Made by a program: the position numbers and the translations under genes. Shown piece by piece: positions 46,800 through 55,817 of a stretch of 64,000 bases of DNA (position 1 is the first letter of the stretch; each line of letters starts with the position of its first letter). The notes below the pieces were generated by a model. It did not search any database, was not told the origin of the DNA, and saw nothing but the letters and a program-made list of their open reading frames with translations. The DNA is taken from the NCBI GenBank assembly GCA_029259695.1, contig JAJDEQ010000102.1:101223-165222 (forward strand), in the 5' to 3' direction. The DNA is from Planctomycetota bacterium (GTDB lineage: Bacteria; Planctomycetota; B15-G4).

Positions 46800-48488
46800 A
46801 TGGGGAGATTCCCTGTCGTTGCCGCTGCCGCTTGGGCAGCCACCTGCTGGGCCCTGGTGCCCACCGCGACCGCTCAGGACACGGCCATGCCGGGCAGCGT
46901 CTGGTCGTTCCAGAAGATCAGCGAGACGCAGGGTGGGTTCACCGGCGTGCTCGACGATCAGGATCGACTGGGGCGGGGCGTGGCCGCGTTGGGGGATCTC
47001 AACGGCGACGGCGTGCCGGACCTGCTGACCGGCTCGTACCTGGATGACGACGGTGGTCCGGACAAGGGCGCGGCATGGGTGATCCTGCTGAACGCCGACG
47101 GAAGCGTGAAGTCGCACACGAAGATCAGCGCGGAGTCGGGCGGCTTCCATGGGGAGTTGGCCGAGGACGGCGACTTCGGCCTGGCCGTCGCGGTGCTCGG
47201 TGACGTGGACGGCGACGGTGTGACAGACGTGGCCATCGGCGCACCGCGCGACAACGACGGGGCGCCCAAGGTCGGTGCGGTGTGGGTGCTCTTCCTGCGT
47301 CCGGGCGGCAACGTGAAGGGCTACCAGAAGATCAGCTCGACCCAGGGCGGGATGCCCTTCGGAGCGTTCGGCCCGCAGGATCAGTTCGGCCGCGCGGTCG
47401 CCGGCCTGGGCGATCTCGACGGCGACGGCGTGCCCGACCTCGGCGTGGGCAACGCCAAGGATCGCGTGCGCATCCTGTTCCTGAACAGTGACGGCACGGT
47501 CAAGGCGTTCCAGGAGATCAGCGGCGGCGTGGGCGGCTTCACCGGGGCATTGGGCGTCACCCCGTCCTTCGGCAGCGCCATCGCCGCGATCGGCGACGTC
47601 GACGGCGATGGGGTGACCGAACTCGTCGTGGGCGAGAACCGCGCCGACAACGGCGGCTTCCGGCGCGGAACCGCCTGGCTGCTGTACATGAACCAGGACG
47701 GCACGGTGCACACCCAGAGCAACCTCAGCGGACACGCGCCGTTCACGCCGCTGCTCGACGACAACGACAACTTCGGGACGTCCGCCATGGCCATGGGCGA
47801 CCTGGACGGCGACGGCGTGCCGGACATCGGCGTCGGCGCCCCGGCCGACAGTGACGGCGGCAACCGCCGCGGCGCGATCTGGATCCTGTTCCTCAGGTCG
47901 AATGGTTCGGTCAAGGGCCACCAGAAGATCAGCGCGACCGCGGGCGACTTCTACGGCAACCTCGAGAACGACGATCGCTTCGGCGTGTCCTGCGCCTGCC
48001 TGGGCGATCTCGACGGGGACGACGTGGTCGACATCGCATCGGGTGCCTACCTGGACGACGACGGCTTCGCGGAGACGGCCAACCAGAAGGGCGCCGTCTG
48101 GATCCTGCAGCTCGAGGGCACGGTGTGGGGCAAGCTCGACGGGGGCCTGGGCGGCACCAACGGTGTCCCCCAGCTCAAGGGGCTGGGGACGCTCGAGGCC
48201 GACACGCCGTACTCGATCGACCTCACCGGAGCGCTCGAGAACGCACCGGCGCAACTCGCCGTGGGTGTGACCCAACTCAACGCGCCGTTCAAGGGCGGGG
48301 TGATGGTCCCCATGCCGCTCGAGTTGATCGACCTGGTCACCGACCCGCGCGGGGCGATCCGGCTGCAGGGCGACTGGCCCGAGGAATCGACCCCGGGTGC
48401 CAACCTCTACCTGCAGTTCTGGATCAGTGACCCCGGTGCGCTGCTGGGCTTCTCGGCCACTCCCGCGATCGTCGGCACGACGAACTAG
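46800..48488 (+). CDS. secreted FG-GAP repeat (integrin-alpha-like 7-bladed beta-propeller) protein with the shared C-terminal domain
   Basis: Signal peptide (VVAAAAWAATCWALVPTATAQD). Seven copies of the FG-GAP/Ca-binding motif (GDLNGDGVPD, GDVDGDGVTD, GDLDGDGVPD..). The last ~85 aa align to the C-terminus of the upstream metalloprotease. Confidence 0.8.
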   Translation: MGRFPVVAAAAWAATCWALVPTATAQDTAMPGSVWSFQKISETQGGFTGVLDDQDRLGRGVAALGDLNGDGVPDLLTGSYLDDDGGPDKGAAWVILLNADGSVKSHTKISAESGGFHGELAEDGDFGLAVAVLGDVDGDGVTDVAIGAPRDNDGAPKVGAVWVLFLRPGGNVKGYQKISSTQGGMPFGAFGPQDQFGRAVAGLGDLDGDGVPDLGVGNAKDRVRILFLNSDGTVKAFQEISGGVGGFTGALGVTPSFGSAIAAIGDVDGDGVTELVVGENRADNGGFRRGTAWLLYMNQDGTVHTQSNLSGHAPFTPLLDDNDNFGTSAMAMGDLDGDGVPDIGVGAPADSDGGNRRGAIWILFLRSNGSVKGHQKISATAGDFYGNLENDDRFGVSCACLGDLDGDDVVDIASGAYLDDDGFAETANQKGAVWILQLEGTVWGKLDGGLGGTNGVPQLKGLGTLEADTPYSIDLTGALENAPAQLAVGVTQLNAPFKGGVMVPMPLELIDLVTDPRGAIRLQGDWPEESTPGANLYLQFWISDPGALLGFSATPAIVGTTN

Positions 48489-48574
48489 CCGGACGTCGCC
48501 TCGCGCCGGGCGTCGCAACCCGGTGCTCCACGACTCCTCGCGCGGCAGGTGCCGCAGCGAGTAGGGTTGTCGCC

Positions 48575-50749
48575 ATGGACCGCGACGAGATCTGCGAGAG
48601 GTTCATCGACGCGGTCCCCTTCGACCTCTATCCGTTCCAGGAAGAGGCGGTGCTGGGCTGGTTCGAGACCGAGGGCGGGCTGCTCGTGGCCGCGCCCACC
48701 GGCATGGGCAAGACGCTCATCGCCGAGACGGCGGTATTCGAGGCGCTGCACACGCGCAAGCGGCTGTACTACACCACGCCGCTGATCGCGCTGACCGACC
48801 AGAAGCTGCGCGAGCTGCAGGACCGGGCGGAGTCCTGGGGCTTCTCGCGTGATGACATCGGGCTGATCACCGGCAACCGCCGCGTGAACCCCGATGCACC
48901 GGTCAAGGTGGTCGTGGCGGAGATCCTGCTCAACCACCTGCTGTCACCGGAGGTCTCGTTCGACGAGGTGAGCGGCGTCGTGATGGACGAGTTCCACTAC
49001 TTCAACGACTTCGAGCGCGGAGTGGTCTGGGAACTGTCGCTCGTGCTGCTCCCGGCGCACGTGCGTCTGCTGCTGCTCTCGGCCACGGTGGGCAACGCCT
49101 ACGAGTTCTGTCGCTGGCTGCGGGAGCAGCACGAGCGCACGCTGCAGTTGATCACGAGCGACGAACGCAAGGTGCCGCTCGAGTTCACCTGGGTCGACGA
49201 ACGCCTGCTCACCGACCAGCTCGTGGACATGATCGACGACGACGATGCCGCCAGCCGTGTGCCGGCGCTCGTGTTCTGCTTCGCGCGCGACGAGTGCTGG
49301 GAGATGGCCGAACGGCTCAAGGGGCTCAGCCTGATCCCCAAGACGAGCCGGGCGGAGATCGAGGAGACCCTCGAGCGCGCCGACTTCACGCGGGGCATCG
49401 GCCCCAAGCTGCGGCAGATGTTGATCCGCGGCGTGGGCGTGCACCACGCCGGCGTGCTGCCGGCCTACAAGGAGATCGTGGAGGAGCTGTTCACGCGCAA
49501 GCTGATCCCGCTCGTGATCTGCACCGAGACGCTGGCGGCGGGCATCAACCTGCCGGCGCGCTCGGTGGTGCTGAGCACGATCCTCAAGGGCAAGCCCGGC
49601 GAGCGCAAGCTGTTGCCCGCCTCGTCGGCGCACCAGATGTTCGGTCGCGCGGGGCGTCCGCAGTTCGACACGCAGGGCTACGTCTACTGCATGGCCCACG
49701 AGGACGACGTGCGCATCGCCAAGTGGAAGCAGAAGTACGACCAGATCGATCCCAAGTCGACCAACCCGACGATCATCCGCGCGCGCAAGCAGTTGGAGCG
49801 CAAGCGTCCGTCACGCCGCAAGACGGTGCAGTACTGGAATCCGGGGCAGTTCGACTCGCTGATCCGCGCCGGCCCGGCCAACCTGTCGAGCCGCTCGATG
49901 ATCCCGTACCAGTTCCTGGTCTACCTGATCACGCACGGCGAGGACGTGGACCAGATCCGCGCGTTCCTGCGGCGTCGCTTCGCGGCGCCCGACAAGCTCG
50001 ACGAGTTCGAGGCACAGCTCGGGCAGATGCTGGCCAACCTGGCTCAGCTCGAGTACCTCTCGCTCGACGAGGCGGGGCAGCTCACCGACGTGAACGAGGA
50101 GATCGAGGAGCTGCTCGGCTTCCGCAGCGTGCACCCGCTGTTCGGGACGTTTCTCAAGCGCATGCTGGTGACGTCCAACCTGACGGAGAAGCTGCTGGCC
50201 CTGGAGGGGGCGCTGTTCACGCCCTGGGTCGTGGCCAAGGCCGCGTTCCTGCCCTACGAACTCGAGAAGGGCCCGCTGCAGACGGAACTGCTCGAACCCA
50301 TGCTGATCGCCATGGGCGTGGCCGTCACCCCGCCCGAGCCGCCCGCCGAAGACGAGGACCGCGGCCGCTTCGACGACGCCTGGGAGGACGACGAGGAACC
50401 GGAGCGCCCGCCCACCTTCCCCGAGATGCTCGAGATCGCCTTCGAGGCCGGATTGGTCACGCCCGAACAGGTGGGCGTGCAGACCAAGTGGGTGGCCGGC
50501 GGGATCCTCGACAGCGGCGGCGACTTCGATCGCTTCGTGGGCGCCCGGCGCCTGGCCAAGAGTGAGGGACTCGTGCTGCGCCACCTGCTGCGCCTGGTGA
50601 TCCTGGCCGGCGAGTTCGGCGCGTTGACCGAGGACCCCGACTACCAACGCATCGCCGACCAGGTGACGGCGATCTGCGAGGGCGTGGACGCGTCCTACAC
50701 CGAGCGCTTCCTGAGTTCGGTCAACGAATCCCGCGAACTGCTCTCGTGA
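48575..50749 (+). CDS. superfamily-2 DEAD/DEAH-box (Ski2-like, DEFH variant) helicase
   Basis: Motif I AAPTGMGKT, motif II VVMDEFHYF, motif III SAT, helicase C-domain motifs (HHAGVLP.., QMFGRAGRPQFDTQG). 724 aa. Confidence 0.8.
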   Translation: MDRDEICERFIDAVPFDLYPFQEEAVLGWFETEGGLLVAAPTGMGKTLIAETAVFEALHTRKRLYYTTPLIALTDQKLRELQDRAESWGFSRDDIGLITGNRRVNPDAPVKVVVAEILLNHLLSPEVSFDEVSGVVMDEFHYFNDFERGVVWELSLVLLPAHVRLLLLSATVGNAYEFCRWLREQHERTLQLITSDERKVPLEFTWVDERLLTDQLVDMIDDDDAASRVPALVFCFARDECWEMAERLKGLSLIPKTSRAEIEETLERADFTRGIGPKLRQMLIRGVGVHHAGVLPAYKEIVEELFTRKLIPLVICTETLAAGINLPARSVVLSTILKGKPGERKLLPASSAHQMFGRAGRPQFDTQGYVYCMAHEDDVRIAKWKQKYDQIDPKSTNPTIIRARKQLERKRPSRRKTVQYWNPGQFDSLIRAGPANLSSRSMIPYQFLVYLITHGEDVDQIRAFLRRRFAAPDKLDEFEAQLGQMLANLAQLEYLSLDEAGQLTDVNEEIEELLGFRSVHPLFGTFLKRMLVTSNLTEKLLALEGALFTPWVVAKAAFLPYELEKGPLQTELLEPMLIAMGVAVTPPEPPAEDEDRGRFDDAWEDDEEPERPPTFPEMLEIAFEAGLVTPEQVGVQTKWVAGGILDSGGDFDRFVGARRLAKSEGLVLRHLLRLVILAGEFGALTEDPDYQRIADQVTAICEGVDASYTERFLSSVNESRELLS

Positions 50750-51441
50750 CCCTGGTCCTGTTCGACATCGACGGCACGTTGTTGTTCAGCCGCGGAGTGG
50801 GCAAGCGCGGCATGGAGCTGGCTTTCGCCGAGGTCTTCGGCATCGAGGCCGACTTCGACGGCGTGACCTTCGCCGGCCGGCTCGACAACCTGATCTGGCG
50901 CGACCTGTGCGCGTCGCACGGCGTGCCGGACAGCGAACAGTCCCATGCCCGTTTCCGCAGCACGTACGCGCGCCTGCTCGACGAGCAGCTCCGGGTGCAC
51001 GCCGACCCCGAGCGCCCGTACGCGCTGCCCGGCGTGCAGCAGCTACTGGGCGCGCTCGAACGACAGGGCCGCGCCGCCCTGGGCGTGCTCAGTGGCAACT
51101 ACGCCGAGACGGGCAAGCTCAAGATCGACGCGGCGGGCCTGGACGCGGCGCGCTTCCAGGTGGGCGCGTGGGGGGGCGACGGGCAGCACCGGCGCGACCT
51201 CGTGCCCGTGGCGCTGGAGCGTTACCGGACGGCCACCGGCGAGGGCGTGGCGCCTGGTGACGTGGTCGTGGTGGGTGACACGCCCCACGACGTGGATTGC
51301 GGCCGGGCCCATGGCTGCCGCGTGCTGGCCGTCACGACCGGCGCCTTCGATCGGGACGAGCTGGCAGCCTGCGAGCCCGACCTGCTGGTCGACGACCTGT
51401 CGGACACGGCCCGCATCGTGAGCTGGATCGTCGACGCCTGA
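50746..51441 (+). CDS. HAD-superfamily hydrolase
   Basis: GTG start overlapping the helicase stop (GTGA). HAD motif I LVLFDIDGTLL, motif IV VVVGDTPHDVDCG. Confidence 0.7.
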   Translation: MTLVLFDIDGTLLFSRGVGKRGMELAFAEVFGIEADFDGVTFAGRLDNLIWRDLCASHGVPDSEQSHARFRSTYARLLDEQLRVHADPERPYALPGVQQLLGALERQGRAALGVLSGNYAETGKLKIDAAGLDAARFQVGAWGGDGQHRRDLVPVALERYRTATGEGVAPGDVVVVGDTPHDVDCGRAHGCRVLAVTTGAFDRDELAACEPDLLVDDLSDTARIVSWIVDA

Positions 51442-51704
51442 ACCGGTGCACGGGCGCATCGGGACCGCACCGGCATCGGGGACCCGCACCGAGCCTGCGA
51501 CGACACTCGCCGTCGCGAATCCGCGACAACCTCCGGCGCGTCGGGCGCGCGTGTCGTGGTGATCGCCACGCGTGTCCAAAAACATGCTCGGGCGGGCGCG
51601 TGAGCCTAAGGTCGGCGGCGCCGCCTGCCCGAAAGAAAAGCGCGACCCAGGCTTCCGGCAATGCGGTCGGGGCCGCCCACCACTCGACCCTGGAGATACG
51701 ACAA

Positions 51705-52151
51705 ATGGTTGCCTCGCAGACACACGATCGCCGCGCGGGTTTCACGCTCGTCGAACTCGCTGTCGTCGTCGTGATCATCGGTGTGTTGGCCGCGTTCGCC
51801 GTGCCCCGCTTCCTCGATTCGGTGGAGCGCAGCAAGGCCGGCGAGGCGTTCAACTACCTCGCCACGATCCACTCGGCCATGGAGCGCTACCACGTGCGCC
51901 AGGGCACCTACGCCGACGACCTGGACGAGCTCGACGTCGAACTCGTCGCCCCCGAGTACTTCACCGTGGGGACGGTGGAAGTGCCGTCCACGGAGGCCGA
52001 CCTCGAGACCGGCTGGGAACTGACGCTCACGCGCGTCGGGGCGTCGGCCGGCTTCGGCGAGTACACCGTCGTCTTCAACCACGACGGCTACGACGGCGCC
52101 AACAGCACGATCCCCGACGCGATCAGCGTGCTGCAGACCAGCAGCTCCTGA
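51705..52151 (+). CDS. prepilin-type N-terminal cleavage/methylation domain protein (type IV pilin or T2SS pseudopilin-like)
   Basis: ATG at 51705 with GGAGA Shine-Dalgarno. Leader MVASQTHDRRAGFTLVELAVVVVIIGVLAAFAVPRF matches the G|FTLVE prepilin peptidase site plus hydrophobic N-terminal helix. 148 aa. Confidence 0.7.
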   Translation: MVASQTHDRRAGFTLVELAVVVVIIGVLAAFAVPRFLDSVERSKAGEAFNYLATIHSAMERYHVRQGTYADDLDELDVELVAPEYFTVGTVEVPSTEADLETGWELTLTRVGASAGFGEYTVVFNHDGYDGANSTIPDAISVLQTSSS

Positions 52152-52182
52152 GCTTGACGGTCCGGTCCTCGCCGCGCTCCGC

Positions 52183-52360
52183 GCGGTGCCCCGCGTGTGC
52201 CCCGCGTGTGCCACGCGTGGGCCACGCGTGGGCCACGCGCGGGCGCGGCGCGGCATGCACCGCTCAGCGCGGCGTGATCGACCGAGCTGGCAGGGCGCGA
52301 TCGACCGAGCCGGCGTGGGGGGCGACGAGACCTAGCGCGGCGTGATCGACTCGAGCTGCT
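52183..52360. repeat. tandem arrays: five 11 bp units with palindromic cores (CCCCGCGTGTG/CCACGCGTGGG) followed by three ~26 bp imperfect direct repeats (GCGCGGCGTGATCGACCGAGC)
   Basis: Read directly: GTGCCCCGCGTG TGCCCCGCGTG TGCCACGCGTG GGCCACGCGTG GGCCACGCGCG, then AGCGCGGCGTGATCGACCGAGCTGGC / AGGGCGCGATCGACCGAGCCGGC / TAGCGCGGCGTGATCGACTCGAGCTGC. The last copy overlaps the stop of the minus-strand gene ending at 52332. Convergent intergenic region. Confidence 0.5.
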
Positions 52361-54677
52361 CCGCGAGTTGGTCGGCGTCGTTGGCCGGGATCAGGCACAC
52401 GCCCTCGCGGCAGACCCAGGCCCGGGCTCCACCGGGCGGCGCCATCCGATCGCGCAGCAGCATCGGTTCGCCGTCGGCGTCGCCCCCGGCGAGCGCTGCG
52501 CGCGTGCCCGACGCGTCGGGAATCACCAGTGCCGCGGGCAACAGCGTGCGGCGGGTGGTGGCGAGCATCGTGCGGTAGTCGGCGTTGTCGTCGGCGCTGC
52601 CGTCGAGCACGACCTCGGCCAGGGGACCCACGGCGGCGTCGATGGCGCCCAGCATGGCGGGCCACGCGGCGGCCCGTTCGGCGACCATCGGACCGTAGCG
52701 GCCGAGGGCCCGGTCGGCCGCCTGGCGCAGCGCCCGGCTGTCATCCAGGGGTGCGAGGCGCAGCAGCAGCTCCACCGCGACGCTGGCACCCGAGGGCATG
52801 GCGCCGTCGTTCAGTTCGCGACCGCGGGTGCCCAGGTTGGGGTCGTCGCCGGTGGTGGTGAAGAACGCGCCCTGCTCGGCGTCCTCGAACAGCGCGACCA
52901 GCTCGCGCGCCAGTTCCAGGGCGGCGGCCAGGAACGCGGGCTCGCCGGTGGCGGCGTGGGCGTCGAGCAGGCCGCGGCCCAGCAGCGCGTAGTCGGTCAG
53001 GTCGCCGTCGCCCGACGGCCGCCCTTCGAAGACCTGGTGGGGGATGCGCCCCGACGGCAGGCGTGCGCGCACGAAGTGATCGAGCATGGCCTGACCGGCC
53101 TGGCGCGTGGCCCGGCGCAGGTCGGCGGCCTCCGCTTCGGTGCCCGGCACCGGCGGGTCCAACTCGACGTCGGCGAGCAGGTTGGCGCAGTGGGCCAGGC
53201 CGCTGAGCATCAGTCCGTTCCAGCCGGCCAGGCACTTCTCGTCGCGGAAGGCCTGGGGACGTCGGGCCCGGGCCACGAGCAGGCGCGCGCGGGTGTGCTC
53301 CAGCCAGCTCAGGAACGCGGGGCCGGTGGGCAGGTCTTCGCCCGGCGTGAGCGCCATGGCCTCGTGGGTGCGGCCCGGATCGGGGATCGAGGATCCGTGC
53401 TCGAAGTTGCCCTTGTCGGTCACGTCGAACAGGCGCGCGAAGTGGGCGCCGTCTTCCGGGCCCAGGGCTTCGATCAACTGGCTCGGGGTCCAGACGTAGA
53501 CCAGGCCCTCCTCGGGATGCTCGTCCGCGATCGGCTGGTCGTCCTCGTCGAAGGGCATGCTGTCGGCGTCGCGCGCCGAGTAGAACAGCCCTTCGGGTGA
53601 ACGCATGTCGTCCAGCACCCAGCGCAGCGTGTCGCGCGCCACGCGCGCGTGACGTACGTGCCCGCTGAGCGCGTAGCCCTCGGCGTAGACCCACGCCAGT
53701 TGCGCGTTGTCGTAGAGCATCTTCTCGAAGTGGGGCACGTGCCACTGGGCGTCCACGCTGTAGCGGTGGAAGCCGCCGCCGACCTGGTCGCGCATGCCGC
53801 CGGCGGCCATGCGGTCGAGGGTCGTGTTGACCCGGTCGAGCACGTCGACGCCGGTGCGCAGGTGTTGGCGCATGAGGAACTGCATGGCCATGCTCGGCGG
53901 GAACTTGGGCGCGCCGCGCCGTCCGCCCCAGACCGGGTCCATGCTGTCGTGCAGTTCGTCGGTGGCTGCGGCCAGCACGCCCTCGGGGTCCCACTTGACG
54001 CCGCCGGCCGGCAGCGGGTCGTGCTTGAGCTGCTCGTCCATGCGCTTGGCCCACACCAGCAGGTTGGTGCGGTCGCCGCTCCAACCCTCGACCACGGTCT
54101 CGAGCAGTTGGCGGAAACCCGGCCGGCCGAAGCCCGGCTCGGGCGGGTAGTACGTGCCGCCGCCGAAGGGCTTGCCGTCGGCGGTGAGGAACACCGTCAT
54201 GGGCCAGCCGCCGCCGCCGCGGGTGTAGGCCTGCACGGCCTGCATGTAGTGCTCGTCCACGTCGGGCCGCTGCTCGCGGTCGAGCTTGATCGAGACGAAG
54301 TGCTCGGCGAGGTAGGCGCCGATCTCCGGGTCCTCGAAGCTCTCGTGCTCCATCACGTGGCACCAGTGACAGGTGGAGTAGCCGACCGAGAGGAAGATCG
54401 GCACGTCGCGGGCCCGTGCCTCGTCGAACGCCGCGTCGCCCCAGGGCCACCACTCCACGGCGTTGTCGACGTGCTGCAGCAGGTAGGGGCTGTCGCTCTC
54501 CGCCAGCCGCCAGCCGCCGGTCTTGTTCTCGATGTTGGCCAGGGCGTGTTCGTTGAACGCGAAGCCCTCCGCCTCGGCGCGCGCGTCGCTCCCGGAGAGG
54601 ATGTCCAGGGGATCGCCGGCCGCCGTGCCGCCGCAGGCGCCCACGAGCGCGATCAGCGCGGCGGCGCCGGCTCCCAT
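52332..54677 (-). CDS. thioredoxin-domain (DUF255/YyaL-SSP411-like) protein with six-hairpin glycosidase-like C-terminal domain; probable lipoprotein
   Basis: Start chosen at MGAGAAALIALVGACGG (lipobox LVGAC; alternative ATG at 54764). Thioredoxin-like motif FLSVGYSTCHWCHVMEHESFED followed by ..HYMQAVQAYTRGGGGWPMTVFL. ~780 aa. The upstream part of the long ORF is low-complexity. Confidence 0.75.
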   Translation of the reverse strand: MGAGAAALIALVGACGGTAAGDPLDILSGSDARAEAEGFAFNEHALANIENKTGGWRLAESDSPYLLQHVDNAVEWWPWGDAAFDEARARDVPIFLSVGYSTCHWCHVMEHESFEDPEIGAYLAEHFVSIKLDREQRPDVDEHYMQAVQAYTRGGGGWPMTVFLTADGKPFGGGTYYPPEPGFGRPGFRQLLETVVEGWSGDRTNLLVWAKRMDEQLKHDPLPAGGVKWDPEGVLAAATDELHDSMDPVWGGRRGAPKFPPSMAMQFLMRQHLRTGVDVLDRVNTTLDRMAAGGMRDQVGGGFHRYSVDAQWHVPHFEKMLYDNAQLAWVYAEGYALSGHVRHARVARDTLRWVLDDMRSPEGLFYSARDADSMPFDEDDQPIADEHPEEGLVYVWTPSQLIEALGPEDGAHFARLFDVTDKGNFEHGSSIPDPGRTHEAMALTPGEDLPTGPAFLSWLEHTRARLLVARARRPQAFRDEKCLAGWNGLMLSGLAHCANLLADVELDPPVPGTEAEAADLRRATRQAGQAMLDHFVRARLPSGRIPHQVFEGRPSGDGDLTDYALLGRGLLDAHAATGEPAFLAAALELARELVALFEDAEQGAFFTTTGDDPNLGTRGRELNDGAMPSGASVAVELLLRLAPLDDSRALRQAADRALGRYGPMVAERAAAWPAMLGAIDAAVGPLAEVVLDGSADDNADYRTMLATTRRTLLPAALVIPDASGTRAALAGGDADGEPMLLRDRMAPPGGARAWVCREGVCLIPANDADQLAEQLESITPR

Positions 54678-54824
54678 CCCCCGCCCGGGGGCCGAACGCC
54701 GCCTGGTCGATCCGCGCTGGCTATACTCCGCGGCGGCGCGGGGACGGTCGTTCACTGCGTGCATGGAGTGCTCGGTCGAGGGCTGGGCGGTCCATGGTAG
54801 GCATGTGACTGCGGCGGGAAAGCC

Positions 54825-55637
54825 ATGCGCGTCTTCGCACTCTCCGATCCCCATCTCGCGCTCGGCACGCCGGGCAAGACCATGGACCGCTTCGGTCCCC
54901 AGTGGGTGAACCACGCCGACACCATGGCTCGCAACTGGGACGAGCGGGTGGGGGACGACGACATCGTGCTGGTGCCCGGCGACATCTCCTGGGCCCGGGA
55001 CCTGGAGGGCGCGGCCCCCGACATCGCCTGGCTCGCCGAGCGCCCCGGCACCAAGGTGCTGCTCAAGGGCAACCACGAGCACTGGTGGACCAGCCGCAAC
55101 AAGGTGCGCGCGGCCCTGCCCGAGGGCCTGCACGCCATCGAGGGCGACGGTGTGCGCCTGGGGGCCGTGTCCATCGTCGGCACCCGCATGTGGGACGTCC
55201 CCGGCCTGCCCGCCGCCTGGCACGGCTACATCGCCTGGCAGGGCGAGCCCATCTCCCCCGAGATGAGCGACGAGGACGAAGCCGCCGCGCTCAAGGTCTA
55301 CACCCGCGAGGTGGGCCGCCTGGACCGGGCCCTGGCCGCCCTGGACGGCCTCGCCGACTCAGGTGCCACCGCCGGCGACCCGGCGGGTGCCGACGGCGCC
55401 CCCGGAAGCGTCCGCATCTGCCTGACCCACTACCCGCCGGTGGCCCCCGACCTGGCGCCCAACGAGCTCACCGAACGCTTCGAGCGGGCCCGGGTGGACC
55501 ACGTGGTCTTCGGCCACATCCACGCCCTCGACCTGTCCCGCCGGGCCGAGATCTGCGGCCAGGCCCGGGGCGTCCACTACCACCTCACCGCCTGCGACTT
55601 CATCGACTTCGCGCCGGTGCTGATCTGCGAGGCCTGA
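54825..55637 (+). CDS. calcineurin-like metallophosphoesterase
   Basis: Motifs FALSDPH (DxH), LVPGDISW (GD), LKGNHE (GNHE), ..THYPP.. and the final GHIH motif (FGHIHAL). Confidence 0.75.
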   Translation: MRVFALSDPHLALGTPGKTMDRFGPQWVNHADTMARNWDERVGDDDIVLVPGDISWARDLEGAAPDIAWLAERPGTKVLLKGNHEHWWTSRNKVRAALPEGLHAIEGDGVRLGAVSIVGTRMWDVPGLPAAWHGYIAWQGEPISPEMSDEDEAAALKVYTREVGRLDRALAALDGLADSGATAGDPAGADGAPGSVRICLTHYPPVAPDLAPNELTERFERARVDHVVFGHIHALDLSRRAEICGQARGVHYHLTACDFIDFAPVLICEA

Positions 55638-55737
55638 GGGGGCCGCGCGGCCCTCGCTCCGGTGGAGGCGCCGGGGCCCTTTGCTTATGATCCCCGGTCG
55701 ACGTGCGCGCCCCGAACGGGCGACCGCGCACACGGCT

Positions 55738-55814
55738 GGCCCCATCGTCTAGTCAGGTCAGGACACCAGGTTTTCATCCTGGCAACACGGGTTCGAATCC
55801 CGTTGGGGTCACCA
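55738..55814 (+). tRNA. tRNA-Glu (anticodon TTC)
   Basis: GGCCCCA/TGGGGTC acceptor stem. D-arm TCGTCTAGTCAGGTCAGGACACC nearly identical to E. coli tRNA-Glu. Anticodon stem CCAGG/CCTGG with loop TTTTCAT (anticodon UUC), T-arm ACGGG-TTCGAAT-CCCGT, encoded CCA. Confidence 0.9.
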
Positions 55815-55817
55815 CGC

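Noticed and set aside
46400-48488. Shared C-terminal domain of the metzincin and FG-GAP proteins considered as a type IX secretion (Por) C-terminal sorting domain, given the FCB-like taxonomy
   Set aside because: The segment lacks the characteristic T9SS CTD motif pattern and length. Kept only as an unclassified shared C-terminal domain.
33207-48518. Long antisense ORFs in the accessory block (33207-35063 -, 35205-36608 -, 38699-41374 -, 40935-42749 -, 43619-45331 -, 45638-46864 -, 46734-48518 -) and 52741-54453 - in an alternative frame of the DUF255 gene
   Set aside because: Same reasoning: opposite or alternative frames of genes with clear domains (MscS, ATP-grasp, GGT catalytic Thr, HExxH, FG-GAP repeats, CHWCH thioredoxin motif).
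52183-52360. Tandem repeat arrays (also 210-290, 43690-43750, 63650-63740) considered as CRISPR arrays
   Set aside because: Units are 9-26 bp with no unique spacers of 25-40 bp between identical repeats and no cas genes. These are simple tandem or coding repeats.
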